The position numbers and the translations under genes were made by a program. The notes below the pieces were generated by a model that saw only the letters and a program-made list of their open reading frames with translations, searched no databases and was not told where the DNA came from. DNA of 49,389 bases, counting the filler, from an uncultured Acidimicrobiales bacterium (lineage in GTDB: Bacteria; Actinomycetota; Acidimicrobiia; Acidimicrobiales; UBA10347), in the NCBI GenBank assembly GCA_943788915.1. It is 3 parts of 3 records of this genome, joined end to end, with 100 filler letters (N's around TTAATTAATTAA, not from the genome) between each part and the next. Parts side by side here need not be neighbours in the genome. Positions count along the whole stretch, not along the records: positions 1 to 16,014 come from CALSSD010000029.1; 2 more parts are not named here. One strand, written 5' to 3'. Shown here one piece after another: positions 1-9,228 of the stretch. Position 1 is the stretch's first letter; each line of letters starts with the position of its first letter.

Positions 1-45
1 ACAACCGTTAGGGCGGCCCGACCTGGGCGAGGTCCGCGACCGACG

Positions 46-1059
46 TCAGGTGGCGTGGCGAGCGACGTACGAGGCGATGGTCTCGGTGTAGTTGGCCCGT
101 TCGAAGGCGGACGGGTCGAGCGAGTTCTGTTGGCTCAGGCTGCCTCGACCTTGGTCCAACGAGGTGTACTCGTGGTGAGCGAACCACTGTCGGACGCCAT
201 CGATGATCGTGGTTGTGTAGTCCGCTCCGTGCTGGAGTAGTGCCGAGGTGATCTTCACCACGTCGGCGCCAGCCAGGATCAGTTTCACGGCATCTTCGGC
301 CTGATGTACACCAGTGGTCGCTGCCAACGACGCATCGATCCGGCCGTGGAGGAGTGCCATCCACCGGAGCACGAGCCGCATCTCGGCCGGGTTACTCAAC
401 ACCAGATTGGGAGTAACGGTCAGCGTGTCCAGATCGATGTCGGGTTGGTAGAAACGGTTGAACAACACGAGCCCGTCGGCGCCAGCATCAGCGAGTCGCT
501 TCGCCATGTTCGCGGGCGAGCTGAAGTACGGCCCAAGCTTGACCGCCAACGGAATCGAAACCGTGGCCCTGACCTCTTCGACAAGCTGGAGATAACGGTC
601 CTCGATGTCTTGGCCCGTCTCGTTGGAGTTGGCCGCGACCAGATAGATGTTGAGTTCGAGCGCGTCGGCACCGCCGTCTTCGATCTGTTTGGCGAAACTT
701 GTCCACCCGCCGGTACTGATCCCGTTGAGACTGGCAATAACCGGCACATCGAGGTGTTCGACCGCGGATTCGACCAGGGTGAGATAGTCGCTGGAGCCGG
801 TGTTGTAGGCATCGAGATTTGGACGGTGTCCAGCGACTGCTTCGGCCGATAGGGGTCCTCCGAATCCCAGATCGTCCATCATCAGTAGATCATTTTCGAT
901 CTGTTCCTCGAACAACGATGGCAGGACGACGGCGCCAATCCCGGCCGCTTCCAGAGCGATCAGGTGGTTGACATCGGCGTTCGCCGGCGAAGCCGAGGCA
1001 ACGATGGGGTTCCGAAGCGTTAGCCCCAGGTACTGGGTGGTCAGATCTGGATCGGTCAT
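46..1059 (-). CDS. Dihydroorotate dehydrogenase-like FMN protein (PFOR-associated family)
   Basis: 337-aa ORF starting DLTTQYLGLTLRNPIVASAS, with GAVVLPSLFEEQI, PLAVKLGPYF and LVLFNRFYQPDID. ELNIY replaces the catalytic ELNxSCPN loop. The start overlaps the PFOR stop (ATGA). Confidence 0.88.
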   Translation of the reverse strand: MTDPDLTTQYLGLTLRNPIVASASPANADVNHLIALEAAGIGAVVLPSLFEEQIENDLLMMDDLGFGGPLSAEAVAGHRPNLDAYNTGSSDYLTLVESAVEHLDVPVIASLNGISTGGWTSFAKQIEDGGADALELNIYLVAANSNETGQDIEDRYLQLVEEVRATVSIPLAVKLGPYFSSPANMAKRLADAGADGLVLFNRFYQPDIDLDTLTVTPNLVLSNPAEMRLVLRWMALLHGRIDASLAATTGVHQAEDAVKLILAGADVVKITSALLQHGADYTTTIIDGVRQWFAHHEYTSLDQGRGSLSQQNSLDPSAFERANYTETIASYVARHAT

Positions 1060-4000
1060 GATTCCTCGTCGTGGTCTACGTAACGTGCCGTCCGTTCGAC
1101 CTGGACCATTTGTTCATACAAATGCCATCGGTCGTCGATATCGGCTTGGGCAGCAGCGAAGAGTTCCTCGGCAGCTTTGGGATTTGTTCTTGAGAGCATG
1201 GCGAACCGTCCCTCGGACTCAGCGAACTCGCGGAACGGGCGGGTTGGTGGTCGCGAGTCCAGGTGGAGTGCGTGATCGTTCTCGGTCTCGCGGTTCGGGT
1301 CGAAACGATACAACGGCCAGTAGCCGGTTTCGGCAGCGACTTTTTGGTGGGCCATCATCTTGGTCATGTCGATCCCGTGGGCGATACACGGGCTATAGGC
1401 GATGATCAACGACGGTCCGGGGTGTGCTTCGGCTTCGTTGAACGCCTTGACGGTCTGGGTCATGTTTGCGCCCATGGCTATCTGGGCCACGTAGACATTG
1501 CCATAGGCCATGGCCAGCATGCCCAGGTCCTTCTTGGCCGTTTGTTTGCCGCCTGCCGAGAACTTGGCGATCGCTGCCCGGGGTGTGGCCTTGGACGTTT
1601 GACCGCCGGTGTTCGAGTACACCTCGGTGTCGAGCACCAAGATATTCACGTTTTGGCCGGTGGCAAGAACGTGATCGAGTCCACCGAAACCAATGTCGTA
1701 GGCCCAGCCATCGCCGCCTACGATCCACACGCCGGTTCGGATCAGGCGATCAGCCAAATCGTTCAGCTCAGCTGCGACCGGATCATCGATCTCGGTCAGG
1801 GCCACACGAAGCGACGCCACCCGCTCGCGCTGGGTGGCGATCATGGCTTCGTCGCCCTGATCGGCTGTCAACAGGTCTTCGGCTAGATCCCCGAGCGACG
1901 GGGCAAGACGTGTGAGTAGTGCTCGGGCGCGGTTCTCGAGACTGTCGGCGGCTAGCCGTATTCCCAGCCCGAATTCGGCATTGTCTTCGAACAACGAGTT
2001 CGCCCACGCCGGTCCTCGGCCGTCATCGTTCGTTGTCCACGGGGTAGTTGGAAGGTTGCCGCCATAGATCGACGAGCATCCGGTCGCGTTGGCGATGACC
2101 GAGCGGTCGCCGAACAGTTGGCTCAGCAGTTTGAGGTACGGCGTCTCGCCACAGCCGGCACAAGCCCCTGAGAACTCGAAGAGTGGTTGGGCCAGCTGTG
2201 AACCCTTGATTGAGGTGAGTTTGAGCGTGGTGCGATCGGCCTCGGGCAACATCCGGAACAGGTCGAAGTTCGTTCGTTCCTCGTCGAGATGGTCACCGAT
2301 GGGTTCCATGTTGATCGACTTGTGTTTGACCGCGGTCTTGCTGTGGGCCGGGCATATCTCGACACAGACGCCGCAACCGGTGCAGTCATCGGGCGCGACC
2401 TGGATGATCATTCGTTCACCCTCGGGCCCCTTCCATGGTTTGGATTTGATGGTGCCGGAGAGGTCTCGCTCGGACGCGACCTTCATACGGATGGCGGCAT
2501 GAGGACACACAAGGGCACACCGGCCGCAGTCGATACAGATGTCAGGATCCCAGATCGGGATCTCGGAGGCGATGGTGCGTTTCTCCCACTTGGACGTTCC
2601 TGTCGGGAAGGCGCCATCGACGGGTAGCGCACTTACGGGCAGCAGGTCGCCTTTGCCTTCGAGGATCGAAGCGGTGACCCGCTGCACGAAAGCAGGAGCG
2701 ATGGACGGCACCCGTGGGGCTGCGTGGGTCGCCAATATGTTCTCGGCCGGAACCTCGACCCGGCACAGGGCATCGAGTGCCTGGTCGACCCCGGCGATGT
2801 TGCGATCAACAATCATCGCTCCCCGCTTGCCATAGGTCGACTGAATTGATTGTTTGATGGCTGCGACGGCTTCGGTGGTCTCCATCAGATCGGTCAGTGC
2901 AAAGAAACACGCTTGTAGCACGGTGTTGGTTCGGCCGGCGAGGCCGACGTCGGCAGCGATCGCATCTGCATCGACTACCCAAACGGCAAGATCCTTCTGC
3001 TGAATCATGCGCTGGTTTTCCGTGGACAAGTGGCGCCACAAATCGTCGGCGGAATGTGATGCATTGAGCAGCAGCGTCGCTCCTGGCCGTGCACGCTCGA
3101 GCGCATCGCTGCGGTCGAGCAGCGGAAGCCGGTGACAGGCAACGAAGTCGGCCGCTGCGACAAGATAGGTGGACTCGATCGGATCGGGTGAGAACCGCAG
3201 ATGAGACACGGTCATCGACCCGGACTTCTTCGAGTCGTAGACGAAGTAACCCTGGGCGTATCGGTCGGTGTGGCTGCCCACGATCTTCACCGTGTTCTTG
3301 TTTGCGCCAACGGTTCCATCGCTTCCGAGACCGTAGAACAATGCTCGTAGCGTGGTCTCGGGTTCGTTCCATGTTGGATCGACAGTGACACTCAATCCGG
3401 TCACGTCGTCGGTGATGCCAACCGTGATGTGGCGTCGGGGTTTGGCCCGGGTCAGCTCGCCGAACACGGCCTCGACCATGGGTGGCGTGAACTCTTTCGA
3501 TGACAGTCCGTACCGGCCGCCGATTACCAACGGTGGCGGGCCTTCCCATGCTTCGGCGAGAGCGGCGACGACATCGGTGTATAACGGTTCGCCCACGGAA
3601 CCAGGTTCCTTGGTCCGGTCGAGAACCGCGACGGATTGCACGGTCGACGGGAGTGCCTCGACGAAGGCCTGCGTGGCGAACGGGCGATATAGCCGCACCG
3701 TTAGCACACCCACCTTGCGGTCCTTGTTGTGCGGGGCACACAGCCAGTCGTGCGCCGCTCCAACCCCAGATCCCATAAGCACCATGACGTGTTCTGCGTC
3801 GGGAGCGCCGCGGTAGTCAAAGAGGTTGTAGCGGCGGCCCGTTTGTGCCTCGAAGGTATCCATCGCCCGCTGCACTGCTTTGGGCACAGCCATGTGAAAT
3901 GGGTTGGCTGCCTCTCGAGCCTGGAAGAAGACGTCGGGATTCTGGGCCGAACCCCGCAGCACCGGTTGGTTCGGATCGAGTGCCCGACGGCGTTGAGCAC

Positions 4001-4661
4001 GGACCAACTCGTCGTCGATCATGGCATCGATCGTCGACGGGTCGAGCGCCGTAATCTTGGCGACCTCGTGGCTGGTACGAAACCCGTCGAAGAAGTGCAG
4101 GAAGGGCACGCTGGTTGTGAGTGTGGCCGCATGAGCAACCAGCGCCAGGTCTTGTGCCTCCTGGACCGAAGCTGATGCGAGCATCGCCATGCCGGTCTGA
4201 CGTACCGCCATGACATCGCTGTGGTCGCCAAAGATGCTGAGCGCATGGGTAGCGACGGATCGAGCGGCCACATGGATGACCGCAGGCGTCAGCTCCCCGG
4301 CGATCTTGTACAGGTTGGGGAGCATCAGCAGCAACCCCTGCGAGGCGGTGAAGGTTGTCGTCTGCGCTCCTGCAAGCAGGGCGCCATGTACCGCCCCGGC
4401 TGCTCCCCCTTCGCTCTGCATCTCGATGACTCGGGGGATCGCACCCCACCGATTCGTTCGCTCACCCTGGGCCCATGTATCGGCGAACTCGCCCATGGGA
4501 GAGGCCGGGGTGATCGGATAGATCGCTATGACATCGGACAGTGCATAGGCGACGCGCGCAGCCGCTTCGTTTCCATCTAGCGTGAGTTCTGCCGGGTCCC
4601 GAATCGTGATCGCAGCCGGGCTTGTTCGGATCCCGACAGCTGCAGCGTCGGAACCGCTCAT
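1056..4661 (-). CDS. nifJ: Pyruvate:ferredoxin/flavodoxin oxidoreductase (single-chain NifJ/Por type)
   Basis: Motifs DGNEAAA, YPITPAS, EMQSEGGAAG, two ferredoxin motifs (CIDCGRCALVCP, CTGCGVCVEICP), FEFSGACAGCGE and the TPP motif GGDGWAYDIG. Start placed at ATG 4661 because the extra 61 codons span the promoter region. Confidence 0.96.
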   Translation of the reverse strand: MSGSDAAAVGIRTSPAAITIRDPAELTLDGNEAAARVAYALSDVIAIYPITPASPMGEFADTWAQGERTNRWGAIPRVIEMQSEGGAAGAVHGALLAGAQTTTFTASQGLLLMLPNLYKIAGELTPAVIHVAARSVATHALSIFGDHSDVMAVRQTGMAMLASASVQEAQDLALVAHAATLTTSVPFLHFFDGFRTSHEVAKITALDPSTIDAMIDDELVRAQRRRALDPNQPVLRGSAQNPDVFFQAREAANPFHMAVPKAVQRAMDTFEAQTGRRYNLFDYRGAPDAEHVMVLMGSGVGAAHDWLCAPHNKDRKVGVLTVRLYRPFATQAFVEALPSTVQSVAVLDRTKEPGSVGEPLYTDVVAALAEAWEGPPPLVIGGRYGLSSKEFTPPMVEAVFGELTRAKPRRHITVGITDDVTGLSVTVDPTWNEPETTLRALFYGLGSDGTVGANKNTVKIVGSHTDRYAQGYFVYDSKKSGSMTVSHLRFSPDPIESTYLVAAADFVACHRLPLLDRSDALERARPGATLLLNASHSADDLWRHLSTENQRMIQQKDLAVWVVDADAIAADVGLAGRTNTVLQACFFALTDLMETTEAVAAIKQSIQSTYGKRGAMIVDRNIAGVDQALDALCRVEVPAENILATHAAPRVPSIAPAFVQRVTASILEGKGDLLPVSALPVDGAFPTGTSKWEKRTIASEIPIWDPDICIDCGRCALVCPHAAIRMKVASERDLSGTIKSKPWKGPEGERMIIQVAPDDCTGCGVCVEICPAHSKTAVKHKSINMEPIGDHLDEERTNFDLFRMLPEADRTTLKLTSIKGSQLAQPLFEFSGACAGCGETPYLKLLSQLFGDRSVIANATGCSSIYGGNLPTTPWTTNDDGRGPAWANSLFEDNAEFGLGIRLAADSLENRARALLTRLAPSLGDLAEDLLTADQGDEAMIATQRERVASLRVALTEIDDPVAAELNDLADRLIRTGVWIVGGDGWAYDIGFGGLDHVLATGQNVNILVLDTEVYSNTGGQTSKATPRAAIAKFSAGGKQTAKKDLGMLAMAYGNVYVAQIAMGANMTQTVKAFNEAEAHPGPSLIIAYSPCIAHGIDMTKMMAHQKVAAETGYWPLYRFDPNRETENDHALHLDSRPPTRPFREFAESEGRFAMLSRTNPKAAEELFAAAQADIDDRWHLYEQMVQVERTARYVDHDEES

Positions 4662-4718
4662 CGGATGTCCAGCTTCGATTTTCGCACGCCTGATTGTCTC
4701 CCGCCTCAACGACCACGA

Positions 4719-4738
4719 GTAGGGCCATTTGTCCCCTC
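4719..4738 (-). promoter_or_regulatory. Putative DosR/DevR-type operator upstream of the PFOR operon
   Basis: Minus strand reads GAGGGGACAAATGGCCCTAC, matching the DevR-box core GGGAC-N4-G(T/G)CCC. A candidate -10 element GACAAT lies at 4698-4693. Confidence 0.6.
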
Positions 4739-5022
4739 GGCCGTGCCTGACAATTGCAACCGAGTAGGAGGGTCCAAGGATCTCCGGCACTTGCCTGTGG
4801 CCCCGCTTCGAGAAGTCCATCTCCACCAGATCACCCGCCCGCATGAGCTATGGACATTGGCTATTCCCGGCGTCACAGTGACTCGTCGCCCTGCATCGCG
4901 AAGCATCACTACCCATCGGCAGAGAAGGAGCGGTCGCCATCTCGCGTTGGGGCTCCTTTTCTTAGTTAGCGAATCGGCCGAGCCAACTACATTGGCTGCA
5001 GCTACGGAACAGGGAGACTGCA

Positions 5023-6246
5023 GTGGAAAAGAACGAGTTCTTTGCGGACGCACGAGATGATCTGACAGGACCGCTCGCAGGTGTGCGTGTGCTCGAAATA
5101 ACCACAACGTGGGCCGGCCCAATGGCGGGAGTTGTACTGGCCGACCTCGGCGCCGACACGATCAGGGTCGAGATGCTGAGCGGCGACGTCGCCCGGGCAA
5201 TGATTCCGCTGCCCGACACCGAAGTCCACCTGATGCACGCCACGGTCAACCGCAACAAACGGTCGTTAACCGTCGACCTGACTACCGACGAAGGACGGCA
5301 GATCCTGCTCGATCTGGTCGCCACATGCGACATCATGCTCGAGAACTTCAAGGCGGGCACGCTGGCTCGCAACGGTCTTGGTTACGAGGCCGTCAAGGCG
5401 GTCAAACCTGACATCGTCTACGTGTCGGTCACCGGGTGGGGCCAATACGGGCCCGACCACCAGGCTGCTGGTTATGACCCTATGGCTCAGGCGACCTCGG
5501 GTTTTATGTCCGTCAACGGAAACCCCGACGCTCCCCCAACCAAGGCTGGTACCTGGCTTGCCGACGACATCGGCGGTCTCCACGGAGCCATTGGTGCCAT
5601 GGCCGCGCTACGTCACCGCGATCAGACGGGCGAGGGCCAGTACGTCGATGTCTCGATGCTCGACACCATGATCTTTCAGACCAACGGGCTTCCTACGCTG
5701 GGCTCTCTGGGCGTCGATCCCGGGCGGTGGGGCAACGCACTCGGCTTCGTTGTGCCGTGCGACGTGTACGACTGTTCTGACGGACTCATCTACGCAGGTG
5801 TGCTTCTCGATGCCCATTGGGTTCTGCTTGCGGAACTGATCGGCCAACCTGAACTAGGTCACCATGAAAGTTTCGCGACCCGCGAGGCTCGGGCTGCGAA
5901 CCGAGACGTCTGCGACATGATGTTTGGTGCCTGGCTTGCTGAACACACCCGTGACGAAGCCGTCGACACGCTTCGGGCCCTCGGCCTGCCTGCGGCACGG
6001 GTCCAAACATTCGCCGAGGTCGTCAGCGATCCCCATGTCATCGAACGCAACATGATGCAACCGACCACGCAGTACGACGGCCACAGTGTCGATATTGTCG
6101 GCCCGCCTGTGAAGTTCTCTCGCACGCCGACAACCATTCGCACCCCGGCCGCATCACTCGGCCAACACAACGACGAGGTCCTCGACGAACTCGGCATCGA
6201 TCAAGAGACACGAGCGAAACTACGCGCCGCTGGCATCATCGGCTAG
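5023..6246 (+). CDS. Family III CoA-transferase (CaiB/BaiF)
   Basis: Motifs GPLAGVRVLE, AGP..LADLGAD.IRVE, NRNKRSL, ENFKAG, GYDP..QA.SG and G.GQ.VDVSM. Confidence 0.93.
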   Translation: MEKNEFFADARDDLTGPLAGVRVLEITTTWAGPMAGVVLADLGADTIRVEMLSGDVARAMIPLPDTEVHLMHATVNRNKRSLTVDLTTDEGRQILLDLVATCDIMLENFKAGTLARNGLGYEAVKAVKPDIVYVSVTGWGQYGPDHQAAGYDPMAQATSGFMSVNGNPDAPPTKAGTWLADDIGGLHGAIGAMAALRHRDQTGEGQYVDVSMLDTMIFQTNGLPTLGSLGVDPGRWGNALGFVVPCDVYDCSDGLIYAGVLLDAHWVLLAELIGQPELGHHESFATREARAANRDVCDMMFGAWLAEHTRDEAVDTLRALGLPAARVQTFAEVVSDPHVIERNMMQPTTQYDGHSVDIVGPPVKFSRTPTTIRTPAASLGQHNDEVLDELGIDQETRAKLRAAGIIG

Positions 6247-6310
6247 CGCTGCAAGTTGGCTGAGCGGTTGACGCTCGCCCTCACCCAACCCGGTCAAGTG
6301 TGCAAAAGGT

Positions 6311-6545
6311 ATGCCGCACACCAGTATCAAGGTAACGAACGAGACTCGCGCTCGCATGAAGGATCTCGGCGGCAAATACGAGGGCACCCTCACCGAGGCT
6401 CTGGACTTACTTGAGGGTGCACGTTTCTGGGAGCAGGCTGAAGCTGGCAAACAGTGGCTGGATTCGCTGAGCGATGCAGAACGTGCTGAGCGTCGCTCCA
6501 GACCTGATGCGCTCGACCAAGCGTTCTCGGGTCGATGCTTGATCA
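6311..6545 (+). pseudogene. Small putative ribbon-helix-helix antitoxin-like gene with a damaged 3' end
   Basis: MPHTSIKVTNETRARMKDL...TLTEALDLLE..RFWEQA resembles actinobacterial RHH antitoxins. The frame has no stop near the expected ~75 aa and runs antisense into the P450. Confidence 0.45.
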
Positions 6546-6658
6546 AGGCGAGCATCGGTCTCTGCCCACACCCAAGCCAGCAGAGCATTGCGATTCATTA
6601 CCTCGTGACGAAACCCGAGCGACTGTCCGACGCTAGCATCCTCGGCTCGGGCTGCCTG

Positions 6659-7987
6659 TTAGCGCTTGCGGGTCACCTGAACTGGCAGGTTGGTGTAGCC
6701 ATTGATGAACGCGGAGAAGGTTCGTTCTGGGTCGCCCACGACTTCGATGCGGTCGAAACGTTGCAGGACTTCTTCCCACAGGATGCGGAGTTGCAGCTCG
6801 GCAAGGCGGCTACCCATACAGAAGTGGATGCCATATCCGAACGACAGGTGCCGCTCGGCGTTGGGTCGCGCCAAGTCGATGGCCTCGGCGTTGTCGCCAA
6901 AGACGTCTTCGTCTCGGTTGGCCGACAGGTACCACATGAGTACCTGGTCGTCCTTGAGGATCTGTTTGCCACCGAGTTTGGTGTCTCGTGTCGCGGTGCG
7001 TCGCATGTACGACAATGGAGTTTGCCACCGGATGATCTCGGGAACCAGGTTCGCTACAAGCGATGGGTCGGCGACGAGTTTGTCGTACTGATCGGGATAG
7101 GTGTTTAGGCCGTAGACGCTGCCCGACATCGAGTTGCGGGTGGTGTCGTTTCCGCCGACGATAAGCAGGAACAGATTGCCAAGATGTGCCGCCGCCGGCA
7201 TGTCCTTGGTGGCCTCACCATGTGCGAGCATCGAGACGAGGTCGAAGCCGGGGTTCGCTCGGCGTTCCTCCCACAGTCCTTCGAAGTACTCGAGGCACTC
7301 GCGTATTTCGTGGCGCTGCTGAGCTCCTGATTCGACCAACCCACCCGGTTGTGGAATCGAGGTAACGACATCGGACCAGCGGGTGAGTTTGTGCCGGTCT
7401 TCGAGCGGGAAGTCGAACAGGGTGGCCAGTAGCAGGGTGGTCAGCTCGATAGAGACGTTTTCGACCCAGTCGAAGGTTTCACCCTCGGGAAGACCGTCCA
7501 GCACCGCGACGGTCCGTTCGCGGATGAGATCGTCGAGGTTACGCAGGCTGCTAGGAGCAGAGATGCCTCGCACGGTTTTGCGTTGCATAGTTTGTTCCGG
7601 CGGGTCCATCGCTATGAACGAGCCGACGTTGCCGATCGACTCGGGTATCGGCACGCCGACCGGAGGTCCGATCGTGATGCCATCAGCCGAGGAGAAGGTC
7701 TTCCAGTCGCCATCGACGGCCCGCACGTCGTCATAACGAGTGACGTTCCAGTAGCGACCCGCAGATCCGAGTTCGTTCAAATGAACGGGGTCCTCACGTC
7801 GCAACCGGGCGAAGTGGTCGTGCCACCGGTGCTCGCGGAACAGGTGCGGATTCAACGGGTTGATTTCGTCGAGCGGCAGGTCGGCAGCATCGCCCACGTC
7901 ACCACCGAAAATCGCCTGCTCCATTTCCGGACTGCGGACCGGCTTTCGCGCCAGCCAGGTTTCACGATCGATCTGGGTGTCGGTCAT
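6659..7987 (-). CDS. Cytochrome P450, CYP153-like
   Basis: I-helix LLIVGGNDTTRNSMSG, VSIELTT.LATLFDFP, FIAMDPP, EIIRWQTPL and heme loop FGYGIHFCMG. Confidence 0.92.
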   Translation of the reverse strand: MTDTQIDRETWLARKPVRSPEMEQAIFGGDVGDAADLPLDEINPLNPHLFREHRWHDHFARLRREDPVHLNELGSAGRYWNVTRYDDVRAVDGDWKTFSSADGITIGPPVGVPIPESIGNVGSFIAMDPPEQTMQRKTVRGISAPSSLRNLDDLIRERTVAVLDGLPEGETFDWVENVSIELTTLLLATLFDFPLEDRHKLTRWSDVVTSIPQPGGLVESGAQQRHEIRECLEYFEGLWEERRANPGFDLVSMLAHGEATKDMPAAAHLGNLFLLIVGGNDTTRNSMSGSVYGLNTYPDQYDKLVADPSLVANLVPEIIRWQTPLSYMRRTATRDTKLGGKQILKDDQVLMWYLSANRDEDVFGDNAEAIDLARPNAERHLSFGYGIHFCMGSRLAELQLRILWEEVLQRFDRIEVVGDPERTFSAFINGYTNLPVQVTRKR

Positions 7988-8096
7988 CGTCCCCTCCTGC
8001 GGGTGACTGCAGCGTCAGCTCCTGTTCGACGTTAGCGGTTGCGTAGCAAGCGGGTGATCCTCGAGGCGGAACAGCGCCTTTCCCGATGCGACATGG

Positions 8097-8870
8097 CTAC
8101 GAGGCCATCCAGCCGCCATCGACCATGAGATTGACGCCGGTCATGTACGTGCACTCATCGCTTGCGAGAAACAGTGCCGCATTGGCGACGTCGCTGGGGC
8201 GCCCTAGGCGTGGCATCGGCGTTCGTGAGTTCGAATAGGCGATGGCTGACTCGCTGATCGCAGCGCCGCCTCGGCCGGTCAAAATTTTTCCCGGCGCTAC
8301 CGCGTTACACACGATGTGCTGGTCACCGTAGTCAGCCGCGATCTGGCGGGTCATGTAGACAATCGCCGACTTACTCACACCGTAGGCAAAGTTGTTTGGC
8401 GACGAGACCATTCCGTGTTGAGACGAGATGTTGACGATTCTCCCCCGCGCCTCGGCGCGTATGGGTTGCTCGAGCATCTGGCGCACTGCCCGCTTGCAGC
8501 CAAAGAACACCCCGGTGACGTTGACGTCCATCACTCGATTCCAGTCGTCTTCGCCGGTTTCAAGCAATGGCGTACCCGTGCCGATCGCAGCGTTGTTAAC
8601 CATGATGTCCAACGCACCATGGCGCTCGACCGTCTCGCTGACCAGCGCATCCACCTGTTCCCACGATGAAACGTCGACCTGGCGGTACTCCGCCCGGCCG
8701 CCGTGGGCGACGATCGTATCGACGGTCGGCTCGCCACCTTCGAGTGGTTCGGTGCGCACATCGGCGATCACCACGGTGGCCCCTTCTTCGGCAAAGCGCT
8801 GGGCGATCGCCCGTCCGATACCGGAACTTGCACCGGTGACAATGGCCACCCGTTCGTCGAGCCTGCGCAT
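8097..8870 (-). CDS. Short-chain dehydrogenase/reductase (SDR)
   Basis: Motifs TGASSGIG, NNAA, NISS, YGVSK and VDGG. ATG 8870 is preceded by AGGAGG. Confidence 0.92.
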   Translation of the reverse strand: MRRLDERVAIVTGASSGIGRAIAQRFAEEGATVVIADVRTEPLEGGEPTVDTIVAHGGRAEYRQVDVSSWEQVDALVSETVERHGALDIMVNNAAIGTGTPLLETGEDDWNRVMDVNVTGVFFGCKRAVRQMLEQPIRAEARGRIVNISSQHGMVSSPNNFAYGVSKSAIVYMTRQIAADYGDQHIVCNAVAPGKILTGRGGAAISESAIAYSNSRTPMPRLGRPSDVANAALFLASDECTYMTGVNLMVDGGWMAS

Positions 8871-9158
8871 GCTGCTGTCCTCCTGGCTAGGTGAACGCAC
8901 GATAGTCGCGCATCGCTCGGTGAATATCCGCAGAGCCGTGTGATGCCTTCTGAAGCGGGGGTGCAGCAGCCGGTCGGTAGGAGCACTCAACATCGCCGAC
9001 GTCTGACTGTTGGCAGTATCCCTGCTGGCAGCGGCACGCAGCCGTGGAGACGGTCGGTGACTTGGCGAACCGACAGCTGGGTTACCGATCTCCAGTTGGG
9101 GCTATCGACGACCGTGCAACAATCGAGAGCATCACGAAGCTGAAGGCAACCGCAACTC

Positions 9159-9190
9159 CTGTCAGCAGACAAACCACTGTCAGCAGACAA
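9159..9190. promoter_or_regulatory. 14-bp direct repeat with a palindromic core; candidate operator pair between divergent genes
   Basis: CTGTCAGCAGACAA at 9159-9172 and 9177-9190 (TGTC-N4-GACA), about 40 nt upstream of the acyl-CoA synthetase start. Confidence 0.5.
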
Positions 9191-9228
9191 CAGTGATTGG
9201 CTACGGTGGCCGGCTGCGTGAGGAGTCC

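Noticed and set aside
4662..4844. 61-aa N-terminal extension of PFOR (its MRAGDLVEMDF start faintly resembles a PemK toxin)
   Set aside because: It shows no PFOR-like motifs and spans the predicted promoter and operator. The toxin resemblance covers only about ten residues.
6546..7108. 265-aa ORF 6311-7108 as a full-length protein
   Set aside because: Most of the part beyond about residue 75 is antisense to the P450, a shadow frame typical of GC-rich DNA.
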